A stretch of DNA of 64,000 nucleotides from positions 1,760,001 through 1,824,000 of the forward strand of contig CAXXVS010000003.1 of the NCBI GenBank assembly GCA_963674755.2, written 5' to 3'. The position numbers were made by a program, and so were the translations under genes. Origin of the DNA: Desulfobacterales bacterium. Its GTDB lineage: Bacteria; Desulfobacterota; Desulfobacteria; Desulfobacterales; UBA5852. The notes under the pieces were generated by a model, which was not told the DNA's origin, made no database searches, and was given only the letters and a program-made list of their open reading frames with translations. Shown here piece by piece: positions 31,927 to 42,773 of this stretch (position 1 is the first letter of the stretch; the number at the start of each line of letters is the position of its first letter).

Positions 31927-33726
31927 ATGGAACCGCCATTGGAATCTGAAACCAGAGAGCGCTATCACCCGCTCAATTTCTTTTATTTTTTAGTGATCGC
32001 GGTGCTGGTGGGCCTTGTGGGCGGCCTGGGAGCCTTCGTGTTCCGCGCCCTGATCGCCCTTTTTCACAACCTGCTCTTTCTGGGCCAATTTTCTTTTGTC
32101 TATGACGCCAATCTGCACACGGCCCCGGCCCCGTGGGGGATGGGCGTCATCCTGATCCCGGTGCTCGGTGCGGCCGGGGTCGTCTTCCTGGTCAAGAATT
32201 TCGCGCCCGAGGCCAAAGGTCATGGCGTGCCGGAGGTGATGGACGCCATCTTCTATACCAAGGGCCGCATCCGGCCCATCGTGGCCGTGGTCAAATCCCT
32301 GGCTTCGGCGCTCTCCATCGGCAGCGGCGGCTCCATCGGCCGGGAAGGGCCCATCATCCAGATCGGATCGTCCTTCGGATCCACGGTGGCCCAACTGCTG
32401 AAAATTTCCATCTGGCAGCGGATCACCCTGATTGCCGCCGGCGCCGCGGCCGGGATCGCCGCCACCTTCAACACCCCGGTGGGAGGTATCCTCTTTGCCA
32501 TGGAAATTCTCCTCTACGAGGTGAGTGCCCGCACCCTGGTCCCGGTGGCCATCGCCACGGCGACGGCCACCTATATCGGCCGGGTGTTCTTCGGGGCGCA
32601 CCCCTCGTTCATCATCCCGCAGCTGGAGCGGACCTATTTCCATCTGACCAATCCCTGGGTGCTGATTTCCTACATCGGTCTGGGGCTGCTGACGGGTCTG
32701 GTGTCGGCCCTCTACATCAAAGCGATCTATGGCTTCGAAGATTTTTTCGATCAACGCATCAAGGGCGGGTACTATGTCCGCCACCTGGGCGGCATGCTCC
32801 TGGTGGGCATCCTGATGTATCTGCTGATGCGCCTCTTCGGGCACTACTACATCGACGGGGTCGGATATGCGACCGTCCAGGATGTGCTCAGCAGTTCGCT
32901 GCGCTACGTCCCCCTGCTCCTGCTGCTCTTCGTCCTGAAGCTGCTCGCCACGGCCCTCACCCTGGGCTCCGGCGCCTCGGGGGGCATCTTCTCTCCGGGC
33001 CTGTTCATGGGCGTCACCCTGGGGGGGGCCTACGGTATCTTTGTGAGCTGGCTTTTCCCCTCGCTGGGGATCAGCCCGGCGGCCTTTGCCGTGGCCGGGA
33101 TGGCCGGCATTATCGGGGGCTCCACCGGTGCGGCCCTGGCGGCCATCGTCATGATTTTCGAGATGACCCTCGACTACACCGTCATCATCCCCATGACCAT
33201 CACCGTGGCACTGAGCTACGGCGTCCGCATCCTCTTGTCTCCCCAGAGTATCTACACCCTCAAGCTGGCCCGGCGCGGGCACTACCTGCCGACTCAGTTT
33301 CTGTCGAATTTTCATCTGCTGCTGCACGCCCGCGACATCATGCGCACGGACATCGAGGTGCTGCCCGCCGCCACGCCCCTCTCCGACTATGGTGCGGCGC
33401 TATCCGCGGGGAAGGCTCCGCCGGTCGCCGTGGTCGAGGCCTCCGGCCAGGTGACGGGCATTCTCCCTCAGACCTCGGCCCTGCGCCGCCTGTCGCTTCA
33501 CGACAGCGATGCCCCGGTGGGCGACATGCTGGATCCGCATTATCGGAGAGTCACACCGGACATCAGCGTCGTGGACATGGTGCAGCTCATGCGAACCTCC
33601 GACATCTCCGTGATGCTGGTGTTCAAGACGCTGGAAAACGACTCGGTCCACAACCTGGTCGGCATCATTGATAAAGACTGCCTCTTCGACGCCATGCAGA
33701 AGCCCTTCGACCTGCTGCTGGAGTGA
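31927..33726 (+). CDS. ClC-family chloride channel/antiporter with C-terminal CBS domains
   Basis: GHGVPE, GREGP, FNTPVGG, GGIFSP, Y in SIYT; CBS-like tail; start could be 31912. Confidence 0.92.
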   Translation: MEPPLESETRERYHPLNFFYFLVIAVLVGLVGGLGAFVFRALIALFHNLLFLGQFSFVYDANLHTAPAPWGMGVILIPVLGAAGVVFLVKNFAPEAKGHGVPEVMDAIFYTKGRIRPIVAVVKSLASALSIGSGGSIGREGPIIQIGSSFGSTVAQLLKISIWQRITLIAAGAAAGIAATFNTPVGGILFAMEILLYEVSARTLVPVAIATATATYIGRVFFGAHPSFIIPQLERTYFHLTNPWVLISYIGLGLLTGLVSALYIKAIYGFEDFFDQRIKGGYYVRHLGGMLLVGILMYLLMRLFGHYYIDGVGYATVQDVLSSSLRYVPLLLLLFVLKLLATALTLGSGASGGIFSPGLFMGVTLGGAYGIFVSWLFPSLGISPAAFAVAGMAGIIGGSTGAALAAIVMIFEMTLDYTVIIPMTITVALSYGVRILLSPQSIYTLKLARRGHYLPTQFLSNFHLLLHARDIMRTDIEVLPAATPLSDYGAALSAGKAPPVAVVEASGQVTGILPQTSALRRLSLHDSDAPVGDMLDPHYRRVTPDISVVDMVQLMRTSDISVMLVFKTLENDSVHNLVGIIDKDCLFDAMQKPFDLLLE

Positions 33727-33795
33727 TACGGCCGGGTATTAGAAGAACGCTGTTCATGGATTGCCCATAAAACCATAACTTAGGAGATAGACGCC

Positions 33796-34791
33796 ATGCC
33801 AACACCCGCCAACGCCCAGGAGATTCTTTCCCTGGCGCGCAATTTCATGGAATGCCGGGTGCTTCTGACCGGCGCTGAACTTGATATCTTCACCCACCTG
33901 ACCGAGCCGGCTTCCAGCCGGGATCTGGCCGAGCAGCAGGGCTGGCACGAACGCCCCCTGACGGTCGTCCTGGACGCGCTGGCCGCCATGGGCCTGTTGA
34001 TCAAGAAAGAGGGCCATTACCGGACCGATCCCGGCCTGCTTCCCTTATTGAGCTCACCGTCGCCCCGCAGTGTGCTGCCCATGATCAAGCATGCGGCCAC
34101 CATCTGGAAGAACTGGTCCAATTTGACCCGCATCGTTATCGAAACAGGCGGTGTGGAAAAGCCTCCCGGCCGATTCGAGGGCCGTGAGGATCAAACGGCC
34201 TTCATCGGGGCCATGCATGTCATCGGACGCCAACATGCCCCGGCCATTGTGCAAGCGGTTCAACCCGGCCCCGCGCGGCGCCTGCTCGATGTGGGCGGGG
34301 CCTCAGGCACTTACACCATCGCCTTTTTGGAGGCCTCTCCCCTGATGTCCGCCACCATTTTCGACCTTCCCGACGTGGTGGCGATCGGCCGCGCGCGCGT
34401 CGCCGAGGCCGGGCTGGCGGATCGCGTCACGTTCGTTTCCGGTAATTTCTACACCGATCCGCTGCCGTCCGGGCATGACCTGGCGCTGCTATCGGCGATT
34501 ATCCATCAGAACAGCCCGGTGCAGAACCTGGCGCTGTATAAAAAAGTCTGGACGGCCCTGGTGCCGCGAGGCCGCCTGATCATCCGGGACCATGTGATGA
34601 ACGCCGCTAAAACAGCGCCCCCATCGGGCGCCCTGTTCGCCGTCAACATGCTGGTCGGAACCCCCGGGGGCGGCACCTATACCTATGAGGAGATCAGGTC
34701 CGGTCTGGCCCAAGCGGGGTTCGAAGATGTCCGGCTGATTCAGGAAGAAGACCGGATGATGGGATTGGTCGAAGCCTACCGGCCGCGATAG
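33796..34791 (+). CDS. SAM-dependent methyltransferase (O-methyltransferase family 2 architecture)
   Basis: N-terminal dimerisation domain, LLDVGGASG, FDLP, GNF, IIH; AGGAG SD. Confidence 0.88.
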   Translation: MPTPANAQEILSLARNFMECRVLLTGAELDIFTHLTEPASSRDLAEQQGWHERPLTVVLDALAAMGLLIKKEGHYRTDPGLLPLLSSPSPRSVLPMIKHAATIWKNWSNLTRIVIETGGVEKPPGRFEGREDQTAFIGAMHVIGRQHAPAIVQAVQPGPARRLLDVGGASGTYTIAFLEASPLMSATIFDLPDVVAIGRARVAEAGLADRVTFVSGNFYTDPLPSGHDLALLSAIIHQNSPVQNLALYKKVWTALVPRGRLIIRDHVMNAAKTAPPSGALFAVNMLVGTPGGGTYTYEEIRSGLAQAGFEDVRLIQEEDRMMGLVEAYRPR

Positions 34792-34914
34792 CCGCCGGCT
34801 TCGATGCCATGCTGTCGAAGCGGTTTTCCCTGCCAAGCGCAGCGATGGCATTAAGACGATAGAGGACATTGGCGGCGGTTAGGGCACAGCCCGCCACCAG
34901 CAGAGGATGGTGAT

Positions 34915-36162
34915 ATGAATGCAGGCCCAAAAGGCTTTGTTTCCGGCCTAACCATAGTTCTGATCATGGCCCTGGCGAGTTGCACGGCCTTTTTTTTATG
35001 GCAGATGGCCGCCGACTCCAGCCCTTCGGACCAAATTCCGCCGGATGCAACTGCAGATTTCGGTTTGATGGCCGAAGCGTGGAATACCATTCAGGCGCAT
35101 TATGTCGATCGGCCGGCCGTCAAACCGACCGCCATGACGTACGGCGCCATCAGCGGCATGGTGGATGCGCTTGGGGATGTCGACCACAGCACATTTCTTT
35201 CACCGCAGGAGATCAAACGTCAGGAGGACTTCACCCAAGGCCGCTACAAAGGCATCGGCGTCGAAATCAAAATGAAGGACGGGCATGTGACGATTGTCAC
35301 ACCCTTTGACGATTCACCGGCGCAAAAAGCGGGGATCCAGGCGGGCGAAATCATTTTGGCCGTCGACGGCCATAATGTGGCCGGGCTCAACCTGCTTGGG
35401 GTGGTCAAACTGGTTTCCGGACCGGTGGGAACGGACGTAAAGCTGCTGATACTCGATCCGCAAAGCGGTCTGACGCGCGAGGTCACCTTGACGCGGGCCG
35501 AGGTTGCCACCGAAAATGTCACCTGGAGCCGCCTGCCGGGCAGCGACATCGACCAGTTGCGTATCGCGGCCTTCAGCGAGACGGTCACCAAAAGTCTCAC
35601 CAAAGCCCTGAAGGCGATCCGGCGCGACGCGCCCCGGGGGATCGTGCTCGACCTGCGCAACAACCCGGGCGGCCTGTTGGCGAATGCCGTTTCGACCGCC
35701 AGCCAGTTCCTGCAAGACGGGAACGTGCTGCTCGAAAAGGACGCCAAGGGCAAGATCACGGACATTCCGGTGGAAAAGGGCGGCCTGGCGCTGCAGATTC
35801 CCATGGTCTGCCTGGTAAACGGCGGCACCGCCAGTGCGGCCGAAATCGTGGCCGGCGCCCTCAAGGACCATCATCGCGCCCGACTGGTCGGCACCAAAAC
35901 CTTCGGCACGGGAACGGTGCTGCAGGAATTCCCGCTCTCGGACGGATCGGCGCTGCTGCTGGCCGTAAAGGAATGGTTGACGCCGGATGGCAAAACCATC
36001 TGGCACAAGGGCATCCCTCCCGACCTGAAGGTGCCGTTGGCCGCCGGGGTCAGCCCGCTCACGCCCCTGGAAGTGCGCGGCATGTCGGCCCAGGCGCTGC
36101 AACAGAGCAAGGACCGGCAGCTGCTCGAAGCCATGGCCCTGTTGAGCGGCAAGGCGGAGTAG
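34915..36162 (+). CDS. S41 C-terminal processing peptidase (CtpA-like, with PDZ domain)
   Basis: GIGVEI, DLRNNPGG, TASAAEI, TFGTGTV. Confidence 0.92.
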   Translation: MNAGPKGFVSGLTIVLIMALASCTAFFLWQMAADSSPSDQIPPDATADFGLMAEAWNTIQAHYVDRPAVKPTAMTYGAISGMVDALGDVDHSTFLSPQEIKRQEDFTQGRYKGIGVEIKMKDGHVTIVTPFDDSPAQKAGIQAGEIILAVDGHNVAGLNLLGVVKLVSGPVGTDVKLLILDPQSGLTREVTLTRAEVATENVTWSRLPGSDIDQLRIAAFSETVTKSLTKALKAIRRDAPRGIVLDLRNNPGGLLANAVSTASQFLQDGNVLLEKDAKGKITDIPVEKGGLALQIPMVCLVNGGTASAAEIVAGALKDHHRARLVGTKTFGTGTVLQEFPLSDGSALLLAVKEWLTPDGKTIWHKGIPPDLKVPLAAGVSPLTPLEVRGMSAQALQQSKDRQLLEAMALLSGKAE

Positions 36163-36197
36163 TCGAAGACAACGGGCGCATGCCATACCCGCCCGCC

Positions 36198-38987
36198 TCA
36201 ATCCCGCAGAATAATGCCCTGGGGCAGGGATTCACCGAACATGGCGTTTTGGTCCCGGGATTCTAGGGCGATGATCTCGCTGACCGGGCGTTGCACGTCG
36301 GCCGCGATCTGGCGGCTTTCCATCCATTCCCGTATGCGGATCCGCAGGGCATCATCCAGATCCCGGGCACGGTCGCCGGTCTTGCGGGCCATTTGCGCAA
36401 TGGCCCGGCCCACCGCATGGGGGTCCTCCCCGTCGTAGGCCATCAGCTGTTCGATCCAGTGCCAAGCTTCGTCAGGCGGTATGCTGCGATCCACCGTGGC
36501 GTATAATAGATCCCGGGCCGCCAGGCGGGAAAGGGCCCACAGGTGCTGGGGCTTCAACTTTTTGACCGCAACTTCCGACAGCAGCTGCCGGCCCAAACGG
36601 GTTTTGTCCGGGGGGGCGAGCTTTTCCAGGTTGGCGGCAAACATCCAGATCTCTAAACGTTCCTGGGGGGTGGTTTTGATCGGCGCCTTTTTGCGGTTGA
36701 ACAACAGGTTCGCGAGGGACTGAAAGGCGTGCCGCTGCTGCCCTTCGGTGAGGCCGGCGGCCGCCCGGCGCCACATGATCCACCACTCCAGGCGCACCCT
36801 GGGTTTCCGGTCGAACACGGGGCCCTGCAGGAAAAGCTTCCAGAGCTGTTGCATGCGCAGCTTGTCCGCGCCTTCACCAAGGCCCGGACGCAGGCAGAAA
36901 CCGAGCAGGTTCATCCAGCCGCTTTCGAAGTCCGGGCCCTGGCCCCGTATCGCGACGAGGTCCAGCAGCTCGTCGGCCAGGGTGCGGATGAACCCCAGCG
37001 GCCAGTCGTCCCGGGGCAGGTCGGTGATCCGGGACAGTGTTTTGGCCAGCTGCGGAACCTGGTTCTTGTCGTTGCCCGTCAGCACTTGGCGAACCCTGTG
37101 CTGGGCTTCCTCGACGATGGTCTGTTCGAGAACCTGGGCTTGGGGGGCCTCCATGGGCGCGGTCGCGTTGCGCAGCTGGAATTGCAGCTTCCAGCGATGG
37201 TCGCTGATGCGTGAACGGCACCAGATGGCGAGCGTCCCGACCTCCGTGTATTCGGCCTCGATTTTAACCGGCAGGGCGCGCTGGGTGCCTTTTTTGCCGT
37301 ATTGGATGACGGTCTGCAGCGGGGGCAGGCCCGTCAGGGAATTATCCACGGCCACCAGGTCACCGTGCTCGTCGCCGCTGCGGTAGCTCGAGCTGAAGAT
37401 GTCGAAGGTCACCGGCTGGTTGGTCAGCACCTCGAAAGACTTGTCCGCCAGGTCGATGGTGCTGCCTTCTTCCAGGCCTCTTTCGACGATGCACATGACC
37501 TCCCGGAGCGCGTCTTCCGTCCGGCCGTCGTGGTCGCGCGCTACGCCGAGGTAGTAGGACCGGGGGCTGCCGCTGCCCACCCGCACACCCTGTCCGATTT
37601 TGACCAGGCCGTAATAGGCCGCCCCGAAGGCCACGGCCAGTTCGAGATCCTGACTTTCCAGTATCCCGGGACGATCGGCATCCGCACCATAATACCACTC
37701 CTGCAGGGCCGCCCGGATCCGCTTGCGGATCACCGCCGGCTTCAACGAGCCGCCGTTGAAGAGAATCAGATCCGGACGGGGCGCGTGCCGCTGCAATTTT
37801 CTTGCGACGTCGTCCTGGTGCTTTTCGATAAAGCGCTTCATGTGCCGTGTAATGGCAGGCTCCGGTTCGTAAGGCAGGCCGAACTCGGTGATGCCTTTGC
37901 GGTCGCCGGCCGCTGCCGGGAGCGGGCCCACGGCGGTCGGGAAGAAACCTTCCAGGACGGTCCGGGCAATCATGTCTTCGGTCAGCACCACGCGCCGGGT
38001 GTCGGCGATCAGGCGTCCGCCGCCGCCCATGAGCGTGACGGTAAACGCGTCTGCCTCGCCGCCCAGAATGGCCTCTTTTCCCCGGCGGCACTGATGCCAC
38101 AAGGCTTTCCAGGCGTCCGTGCTCATGGCGCGCCGCTGGCCGGCGAGCTGGGATTCGACCTGGTGGGCGATGGCCAGATCGATGTTGTCGCCGCCCAGAA
38201 TCAGGTGATCGCCCACGGCAATGCGTTCGAAGCGCGGGCGGCCGTCGGCCTCTCTGAGCAGGATCAAGGTAAAATCGGTGGTGCCGCCGCCGATATCACA
38301 GACCAGGATCAGCTCGTTGGGCTGCACGAAATCACGCCAGTTCTTCTCGTGGCGCAACAGCCAGCTGTAAAAGGCCGCCAGAGGCTCTTCCAGCAAAATG
38401 GCCGTCCGGATGCCGGCGGTTTGAGCTGCCTCCAGGGTGAGTTCCCGCGCGACTTCGTCGAACGAGGCCGGCACCGTCAGGACGACCAGCTGATTTTCGA
38501 GCAGCCGTTCCTCCTCCGGACCCCAGGCGGCGTTCCAGGCCCGGCGAATGTGCTTGAGGTAGGCGGCGGTGGCGGTCACCGGCGAAACCTTGGCCACCTG
38601 GTCGGCGGCCCCCCAGGGCAGGATGGGTGCGCGCCGGTCGACATTGGCGTGGCACAGCCAGCTCTTGGCCGAAGACACCAGCCGGTCCGGCACCAGAGCC
38701 CCCTGATCCCGGGCAAAGGCCCCGACCACGTTTTCTTCCTGGTCGGCGCTCCAGAGCCGGACGATGGCGTCCTCGGCCACATCGTATTCACCGGGAATGT
38801 AAAGAAACGAGGGCAGCAGCGGCAGGGGGCTGACTTGGCCGGGGCCGGTCAGCTGGGGGATTTTAAACAAGCGGATGCCCCGGTTGGCGGTTTCTTCTTC
38901 CGCCAGATCCACATAGGCGAGGGCGCAGTTGGTGGTGCCCAGATCGATGCCGATAACAAAGCGTTGGTCTACCAGAGTCGTCGTCAT
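36198..38987 (-). CDS. Atypical Hsp70-family protein with a long C-terminal extension (DUF3731-like)
   Basis: GIDLGTTN, TVPASFD, EEPLAA, DIGGGTTDF, GGDNID; Trp/Arg-rich helical C-terminal region (GFCLRPGLG); ATGA overlap with the upstream gene. Confidence 0.88.
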   Translation of the reverse strand: MTTTLVDQRFVIGIDLGTTNCALAYVDLAEEETANRGIRLFKIPQLTGPGQVSPLPLLPSFLYIPGEYDVAEDAIVRLWSADQEENVVGAFARDQGALVPDRLVSSAKSWLCHANVDRRAPILPWGAADQVAKVSPVTATAAYLKHIRRAWNAAWGPEEERLLENQLVVLTVPASFDEVARELTLEAAQTAGIRTAILLEEPLAAFYSWLLRHEKNWRDFVQPNELILVCDIGGGTTDFTLILLREADGRPRFERIAVGDHLILGGDNIDLAIAHQVESQLAGQRRAMSTDAWKALWHQCRRGKEAILGGEADAFTVTLMGGGGRLIADTRRVVLTEDMIARTVLEGFFPTAVGPLPAAAGDRKGITEFGLPYEPEPAITRHMKRFIEKHQDDVARKLQRHAPRPDLILFNGGSLKPAVIRKRIRAALQEWYYGADADRPGILESQDLELAVAFGAAYYGLVKIGQGVRVGSGSPRSYYLGVARDHDGRTEDALREVMCIVERGLEEGSTIDLADKSFEVLTNQPVTFDIFSSSYRSGDEHGDLVAVDNSLTGLPPLQTVIQYGKKGTQRALPVKIEAEYTEVGTLAIWCRSRISDHRWKLQFQLRNATAPMEAPQAQVLEQTIVEEAQHRVRQVLTGNDKNQVPQLAKTLSRITDLPRDDWPLGFIRTLADELLDLVAIRGQGPDFESGWMNLLGFCLRPGLGEGADKLRMQQLWKLFLQGPVFDRKPRVRLEWWIMWRRAAAGLTEGQQRHAFQSLANLLFNRKKAPIKTTPQERLEIWMFAANLEKLAPPDKTRLGRQLLSEVAVKKLKPQHLWALSRLAARDLLYATVDRSIPPDEAWHWIEQLMAYDGEDPHAVGRAIAQMARKTGDRARDLDDALRIRIREWMESRQIAADVQRPVSEIIALESRDQNAMFGESLPQGIILRD

Positions 38988-40777
38988 GCCTGTTCCCGCA
39001 AGTTGAATTCGAGCTTCCAGCGGCGCTCGTCCCGGCGGGACACACACCAGAGTTCCAGGGTGCCGGTCTCGGTCAGTCTGGTCTGGATGGATACCGGGAT
39101 GACGGTGCCGGTGTCGCCTTCGAGGGTGGTTGCGATGGTCGTGATCGGTTCGATCTCGTCTTCCCAGTCCTCGATCATGGTGCCCACCGCGTCTTCCGTG
39201 CGCACGGCCGAAGCCAGGAAGTCAAATTTGGCGGGCTCGCCCACGATGAGGTTGAATTCCCGTTCAGTAGGCTCGGCTTCCGTGCCTTCTTCCATCCCGA
39301 AGGGCGCCACGCAGAGGGCCTTGATCGGGGAAGGCATTCCCGGTACGGCCGGAAGGGAGGCGGCCACGCCGATGTAATAGGACTGGTTCAATCCGCTTCT
39401 GATCCGGACGCCCCGGCCGCGGCGCGCCAGGCCGTAGTAGGCGGCGCCGATGGCCACGGACAGGTCCATGTTGGCGGATGCCAGCACCTGCGGTTGGACG
39501 TCGGCTTGCCAGGCACCGAGCAACTCGGTGACCCGCGCCTGCAGCAGGCGGGATTTCATGACGCCGCCGTTGTACAGCACCGCGGTCGGCATTTCGTACG
39601 GACGCTCCCCATTGCGGCTGAGGAACTGGGCCAGGTGCCGCGTTATGGCGGGATCGGCTTCATAGGCCAGGCCGGTTTCCTGGATGCCGGCGCGTGTGGC
39701 CGCAGCCGGGCGCGCACGGGGTTCACACAAGGGGAAAAACCCCTCCATGATGACCTGCTCCACGGTTTCGCGCTTGAGTTCCGTGCGCAGGGTGCCGCCG
39801 ATCAAACCGCTGCCGCGGCCCAGGATGGAAATGGGGACGCGGTCGCTGCCGGAAGTCCCCAAAATCTGCTCTTTGGCACTGCGGCAGGTGTGCCACAGGG
39901 CGCGCATCTGCCAGGCGTCCAGCTTCTTGCCGTCAGCTTTCACCTGCTGCGCAACGGCGTAGGCCAGGGCCAGATCCATGTTGTCGCCGCCGACCAGGAT
40001 GTGGCGGCCGACGGCAATGCGCTCGAGTTCGAGATGGCCTTCCGTCTCGGATACCCGGATCAGGCTGAAATCGCTCGTACCGCCGCCCAGGTCGCAAACC
40101 AGCGCCAGGTCCCCGGGGCGCACGGCCTCGCGCCACTGCTCGCCGGAATGGTGGATCCAGGCGTAGAATACGGCCTGGGGTTCTTCCAGGAGAACGATGT
40201 CGGGCAAGCCGGCCATGGCCGCGGCCTTGACCGTCAATTCCCGCGCCACGGCATCAAAGGAAGCCGGTACGGTCAGGAAAATTGCCTGGCGTTCGAGGAG
40301 CAGGCGTTCGTCGTCATGCGCCATCAAGTGGTTCCATGCGCGGCGGATGTGGTCCAGGATGGCCGCCGAGGCTTCCACCGGCGAGAGGTGGTGGACTTCC
40401 GCCGGTGCGCCCCAGGGCAAGATCGGCTGGCTGCGATCCACCGTGGTGTGGCACAGCCAGGACTTGGACGAACTGATCAACTGCTGGGGAACTTCGGCGC
40501 CGCGATTGCGGGCCAGCTCTCCCACCACCAGAGGCACGTCGTCCTGCCAGGGAAGGGTCAAGGCTCCCGACGCTTTTTCCGTATCTCCAGGCAGATAAAT
40601 GAAGGACGGCAGCAATGGCCGTGCGGCCACCGCCCCCGGAGCGGTGAGCTGCGGGATTTCCAGAATCCTGATGTCGGCGTTTTTCCGGGCTTCCGCCTCG
40701 GCGGCCGTATAGGCCAGAATGCTGTTGGTGGTCCCGAGATCGATGCCGACGATATATTTCGCGTTACGTGTATCCAT
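38984..40777 (-). CDS. Atypical Hsp70-family protein
   Basis: GIDLGTTN, TVPASFD, EEPQA, DLGGGTSDF, GGDNMD; ends WKLEFNLRE with no DnaK-type lid; GAGGA SD. Confidence 0.88.
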   Translation of the reverse strand: MDTRNAKYIVGIDLGTTNSILAYTAAEAEARKNADIRILEIPQLTAPGAVAARPLLPSFIYLPGDTEKASGALTLPWQDDVPLVVGELARNRGAEVPQQLISSSKSWLCHTTVDRSQPILPWGAPAEVHHLSPVEASAAILDHIRRAWNHLMAHDDERLLLERQAIFLTVPASFDAVARELTVKAAAMAGLPDIVLLEEPQAVFYAWIHHSGEQWREAVRPGDLALVCDLGGGTSDFSLIRVSETEGHLELERIAVGRHILVGGDNMDLALAYAVAQQVKADGKKLDAWQMRALWHTCRSAKEQILGTSGSDRVPISILGRGSGLIGGTLRTELKRETVEQVIMEGFFPLCEPRARPAAATRAGIQETGLAYEADPAITRHLAQFLSRNGERPYEMPTAVLYNGGVMKSRLLQARVTELLGAWQADVQPQVLASANMDLSVAIGAAYYGLARRGRGVRIRSGLNQSYYIGVAASLPAVPGMPSPIKALCVAPFGMEEGTEAEPTEREFNLIVGEPAKFDFLASAVRTEDAVGTMIEDWEDEIEPITTIATTLEGDTGTVIPVSIQTRLTETGTLELWCVSRRDERRWKLEFNLREQA

Positions 40778-41105
40778 TTTCCTCTTGGTTTGGTGATTAA
40801 ATTTGGTTCCTCGTCTGATGCCGCCCAGAAATACGATGTCTCGGCTCAGGCCCGGGCGGCAGAGTCCCGTCTGATCCATTCCTCCCTGTGGGTGACAACC
40901 GCGGGGGAATGCCCCATGTCGAGAATCCCAAAAATGCGGGAACGCTTTTATGGGTCGAATGATTTATTTCAGGCATGGACACGATCTAATTTCTGATGGC
41001 CGCGCCAAGGAAGGCGTTTTTCATGCGGTTTTGTAAAAAAGTTTCAGATACGGCTTGCGAATGCTGTGTAATGAAGCGCAACGCCGATATCGTATATCTC
41101 TTGCA

Positions 41106-41251
41106 TAGTGTCCATCCATAAATGGTAGATTTTGGCTTCTGGCAAGGCCCGAGCGCGTTTTCAACCGGAGGAATAGCAAGCTATTTCGAGGATTGAAAAC
41201 AAGCGAGAACGCCGCCATGGGCCAAAAGATGCCGTTTATGGATGGACACGA
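41106..41251. mobile_element. MITE-like ~145-bp repeat, copy 2
   Basis: Terminal inverted repeat GTGTCCATCCATAAA...TTTATGGATGGACAC; matches 30104-30248. Confidence 0.78.
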
Positions 41252-41256
41252 CATTT

Positions 41257-42000
41257 TTACAGCTCGACCTCTGCCGGCGTAATAATTTTAGTGTTCTGGC
41301 TGCCGGAGAGGGTCGGCAGCTTCAACTTGCCGACCTGCCAGCCCTTGTGCCGCAGGATACCGTTAAACGGCGGATCACCGACAACCTTGCCGGTCAATTT
41401 GACGGCGCCCGGATCGAAATCGTCCCCGATCACAACCTGGCCGCCCTCCTCTTTGTCCAGGACCGGCCGGGGATCGAGATACTCTTGAACGATTCGCAGA
41501 CAACCGGCATGAACGGCCCGTACGGCCGAACCAATCTGCTCATCTTCATACTGGTTGAGATCTTCGGCCAGAAAGTCCATCAGACGCCCTTCGCGCTGCA
41601 GCATCGCAAAAAGGTGCAGAAACATGCGCCGTTCGGCCAGGTCTTTCTTCTCGGCATCTTCTTTAGCCGCCGGCACGGCACGCGCCGTTGGGCGTTCCGG
41701 CACGCCTGCCAGGCGCCGCCGAAGGCCCGCGCGAACAAACATCCATGCCATGAGCCCCATAACCAGGGCCAGGCCCATCATCGCCGGGAACACGGTATAC
41801 CAAAAGCGCGCCTGATAGTTCAGGACCCTGGTCCAGACCGCGGGCGTCGTTCCCCCATCGGCCCCTAGGGCCGGGCCGATCGCTTCGATCAGGACCGTGC
41901 CGCCCAGATAAAGAAGCACGCTGAAAACGGCGGCGATCAAGAGACTGAAAATAATAATGGGGCCCCCAAGCCCGCGGGATGCTTCCTTGCCGTTGTTCAT
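41257..42000 (-). CDS. DUF2760-family membrane protein
   Basis: Two N-terminal TM segments, LQREGRLMDFL, IGSAVRAVHAGC, FDP, G.LRHKGW, PAEVEL; GGAGG SD. Confidence 0.85.
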   Translation of the reverse strand: MNNGKEASRGLGGPIIIFSLLIAAVFSVLLYLGGTVLIEAIGPALGADGGTTPAVWTRVLNYQARFWYTVFPAMMGLALVMGLMAWMFVRAGLRRRLAGVPERPTARAVPAAKEDAEKKDLAERRMFLHLFAMLQREGRLMDFLAEDLNQYEDEQIGSAVRAVHAGCLRIVQEYLDPRPVLDKEEGGQVVIGDDFDPGAVKLTGKVVGDPPFNGILRHKGWQVGKLKLPTLSGSQNTKIITPAEVEL

Positions 42001-42773
42001 TGACCCAACACCTCCCTGTTTGCGATACGCACAAAAAATTCGTTATATTCCAATCGGTTTATGGCCGTGCCGTGAGCCGGTTCGAAATGCCCACTTGGAC
42101 TTTGGCACGCCATCCTTAACCTTGGCCTGCAAGAAATTAGTGCAGATGCCATCGATTATCAATCGATCGTCAACAAACCTCCTGTGAAGGCCGATTTGCG
42201 GCCTATCCCCTATTTCCACTCCGGTGCGCGCTGGATCCCGCATCTGACGCGTCAGGACGGCGGCTCGGCCTGCAAAACAATGGACATCTTTTAGCCATAA
42301 GAGGACCTGACATTTCGCCGTTCTAACCGGCGCCGATCCGGCCCGTATGGGAAATGCAGCCCGGGAAGGATATGCGAGGGGATGAGCTTCAAGACGATGG
42401 GCGCATTCTCTATCCGCCCGCTATTGTGAAGTTCATAAGGCAGGGGCGTCTTGAGAATACCCTTTCGACCTGCTGCGGGAGGGATGCCGCAGCACCTGGG
42501 AAGAGCGTTGCTCATGGAAAAACGGGGGGGAATCAAGGGCGCCGGCAGAAGGGCGCCGATTCATTTCGACAGATAGGCCCGCTTTGCGCTTCGAGCCCAG
42601 CCCTCCACCTCTGGTGGTAGACCTGGAGAGGTTAAACCGATCTGCTCGGCCCTACAGCACACCGAGCATCCATCCTTCAGGCTGGACGCCGGAGTTTACG
42701 CGCCGGGGTAGTCGATGCCGATGTCGCGGTCGAAAGAGGGCAGGAGGCCCTTCGTCAGTTTTAGGATCAAGTT

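Noticed and set aside
31927..33726. ClC gene as the fluoride exporter (CLC-F) of the riboswitch regulon
   Set aside because: It has GHGVP/GREGP/GIFSP, not the CLC-F signatures GNNLI or GMGLI/GREGT/GEVTP; there is no aptamer upstream and it lies beyond the unreliable join
40985..41100. Possible second repeat-family remnant beside MITE copy 2
   Set aside because: It looks repeat-like but has no second copy or clear inverted ends within the window
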